NCBI GenBank assembly: GCA_002104905.1
Contig: MCFE01000261.1
Location: forward strand, 45,623-109,622
Length of the DNA: 64,000 bases
Reading direction: 5' to 3'
Source: Basidiobolus meristosporus CBS 931.73
Taxonomy: Eukaryota > Fungi > Basidiobolomycota
Within the stretch, counting starts at the first letter, position 1. Each line of letters begins with the position of its first letter. Of the stretch, positions 62,001-64,000 are shown one piece after another. The notes beneath the pieces were generated by a model that saw nothing but the letters and a program-made list of their open reading frames with translations, had not been told where the DNA came from and made no database searches. The position numbers were made by a program, and so were the translations under genes.

Positions 62001-63750
62001 TGTTTCCCATATATGCAGGCTTCACAGTGCTCCAAATTAGCTGGGGGATCAATTTTCACTCCAGAAATTAGCTGATCTTTGATCATTTTGCGCAAATAAT
62101 CAAAATTGATGTGCCCAAATCTCCTGTGCCAAAGCATTGGTGTTTCTTCATTTAAGTTACTTATATTGGCTTCCAGATATGATGGAATATAATTCAACTT
62201 GTATAGATTCTGATCTCTGATGCCCAAAGCAATATGAGCACCATTTTGATCAGTGATCCTGCATCCAGAATTGTCAAAACTGAAACTGAGTCCTTCTGCT
62301 GTGGCCTTGCTTACAGAGAGTAGGTTCTTGGCTATTTCTGGTACATAGAGTACTTCTTTAAAGGTCAGTGTATGGCTTCCTTCACTGCTTCTAAGGTTCA
62401 CTTGGATAGCTCCTTCTCCCACTGCATCAAGTGTTCTATCATCACCCATGAAAACCTTATTAATTGGAATTTCTTGATATTGGGTAAAAAGTTCTTTTTG
62501 GTGTGTAAAGTGTTGAGAAGCTCCAGAGTCAATATACTACGTCTGAGAATCCTTTTTTGTGGTCATATTTAGTGCAGATATGAATAGTCTATCTTCAGTT
62601 GTGGCAGCATTTCCATATTCAGGCTTCTTTTGCTGATAATCTCTCTTTTTGAAACACTGGTCTGATGTGTGTCCTTTCCTTTTGCAGTAGTTGCAAAATA
62701 GGTTGCTGTTGCCTTTAAAGGGTCTTGAGTACCTTCTTTCCTGGTTATCAATGCTTATGAAAGCATTGTCATTTTCCTTGTTATTGGTGCCTGATTTTCC
62801 TAATTCTTCCTCCAGGAGCCTTCCATATATGTAATTTAAGGTCACATCTTCAGTTTTGGATTCTAGGGCTGACACAAGGCCCTGAAACTTGTCTGTCAGG
62901 CTATTCAGGATGGTAACTATCACATCCTCATCAGTAGTTGGTACGCCCACAGATTTCATCTCATCTACCAGCACGGTAATTCTGTTAATTAGATTTTTCA
63001 TTTCTTCTCCTGGCAGCATCTTTGTAGTAAAGAATTTTCTTCTCAGATACATTTTCTTGGCAGCTGAGCATGACTGGTAGGTGTCTTCTAATGCCTTCCA
63101 GGCATTCTTTGCCGTTTTTGCTCTTGAGCATTGAATTAGCAATTTGTCCTTGACATTAAGGCAAATGCAGTTAAAGGCACTTTGTTCTTTCTTCTGGTAC
63201 TTTAAGGCTTCCTCTCCCACGTTTTTAGGAGGGCATTCTTCTCCCATGACAATATCCCAAAGGCCTCTTTCTTGTAGCAGCATCTTCATCTTCACCTTCC
63301 ACACTTGGTAGTTAGAGCCATCCAACTTTTCAGCAGAGGGAAAAATTCCAGTAATAGCAGTAGTAGATATTGCAGAGAGTGACAGCTTGGGGCTCATAAC
63401 CTGTTGTAAGAGTCTTGGAGATATTGGAAGTGATTGGGAGAACAAGTAGATTATGTGGTTTTCACTTAATGATTTATTGAATGTAAAAGTAGTATTTATA
63501 CTTTTACCTGGTCTTGGCATTACAAACACGTAGAATAGGTTAAGGAAGGTTCCAAGAATATGTGTGCAAAGTTTGGGGCTGTTTGAACAACTTTGAGAAT
63601 TTTCATGTTCTGGGTACCTGGCATTTTGGTGAAAATATTCTAAGTAAATCCTGACAAGGAATTTGGTCAGTATTCTCTAGGATTTGAAGGTGATGATCTA
63701 AGTGACTAATGTAGGTGAATATTTAGGTGGAAATACAAATTTTTACAACA
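59066..63750 (-). mobile_element. Full-length Ty1/Copia retrotransposon, family B (disabled)
   Basis: 349-bp LTRs 59066-59414 and 63402-63750 (about 10 differences); TSD TATCT (59061-65, 63751-55); PBS GGTTATGAGCCCC; PPT GAGTGGGAG. Confidence 0.97.
59426..63397 (-). pseudogene. gag-pol: Copia B gag-pol with in-frame stops and two 1-bp frameshifts
   Basis: Starts MSPKL at the ATG inside the PBS. TGG>TAG at protease W(YIDSG) 62537-39; frameshifts at about 61565 and 60552; further stops between 60000 and 60230. YVDD is intact. Confidence 0.92.
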
Positions 63751-64000
63751 TATCTAAGCCAGAGACAGGGAAGCATGAGAAAAAAGCTGCAGTCTTAGCC
63801 AATTGATGCTGTAAGTCCAAACCAGACTGAATCCCATCATAGCTAAGAAGAATTATTAACAAGAAAACAGCTATTTTCACAAGAGTTGGAAGCACAGCCA
63901 GTTGAGCTACACTCCAGTGAGGTAGATGAGCTTGCAAAGAAAGGCAATTTGTCTACCACAGCCTCTGCATCCTCCATTATTGACAGAGTAGAGATCCCAC

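Larger units (their letters stand above)
56040..64000. mobile_element. CACTA-like copy 6, inverted (transposase on -, accessory ORF on +), interrupted by full-length Copia B
   Basis: 56583-57095 YDPETILIPVFVNSCMLF..ARCPTC...AFALAL; accessory ORF 57930-59060 resumes at 63756. Confidence 0.75.

Noticed and set aside
62537-62539. In-frame TAG between gag and pol as programmed readthrough (Tca2-like)
   Set aside because: It replaces the Trp of WYIDSG and sister copies (about 53770, 48885) have TGG, so it is a mutation.
63398-63529. Open frame running through the B LTR into gag in several copies
   Set aside because: Its ATG lies upstream of the LTR TATA box (TATAAATA is within the frame), so an LTR-initiated transcript would not contain it.
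5200-64000. Repeat-induced point mutation (RIP) as the cause of decay
   Set aside because: The clearest paired changes are at CpG, GC content is not collapsed, and near-identical repeats keep open ORFs. Some CpA>TpA stops exist, so it is not formally excluded; dinucleotide indices are needed.
1-64000. tRNA, rRNA, CRISPR arrays or prokaryotic systems
   Set aside because: None seen. The GGGCTCATAACC matches are retroelement primer sites, not tRNA genes; the repeats are LTRs or TE copies.

Overview
Eukaryotic (probably fungal) DNA. About 5 kb of CpG-containing host-like sequence, with one intronless BTB/POZ gene, is followed by about 59 kb of CpG-depleted, deeply nested transposons. Ty1/Copia family A has one full-length copy at 32808-37493 (open 1305-aa ORF, LTRs 3 substitutions apart, but RT motif YVDN instead of YVDD). 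Ty1/Copia family B has a full-length disabled copy at 59066-63750, several decayed copies and a non-coding LARD-like derivative at 6240-9518. Both families have Ty5/copia-type half-tRNA-iMet primer sites. Also present: a chromodomain Ty3/Gypsy, other Gypsy remnants, two families of solo LTRs and about six decayed copies of a two-gene CACTA/CMC-like DNA transposon. A complete two-gene PHIS (Harbinger/ISL2EU/Pangu-like) transposon lies at 18247-21604 with 15-bp TIRs and an ATT TSD; a truncated second copy and a 740-bp fold-back MITE with related ends also occur. Main leads: (i) independent Copia insertions cluster at two narrow homologous positions of the CACTA-like element; (ii) the PHIS transposase ORF has no CpG at all while its partner ORF is CpG-rich; (iii) the young but non-coding LTR element. 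All alignments and counts were done by eye.
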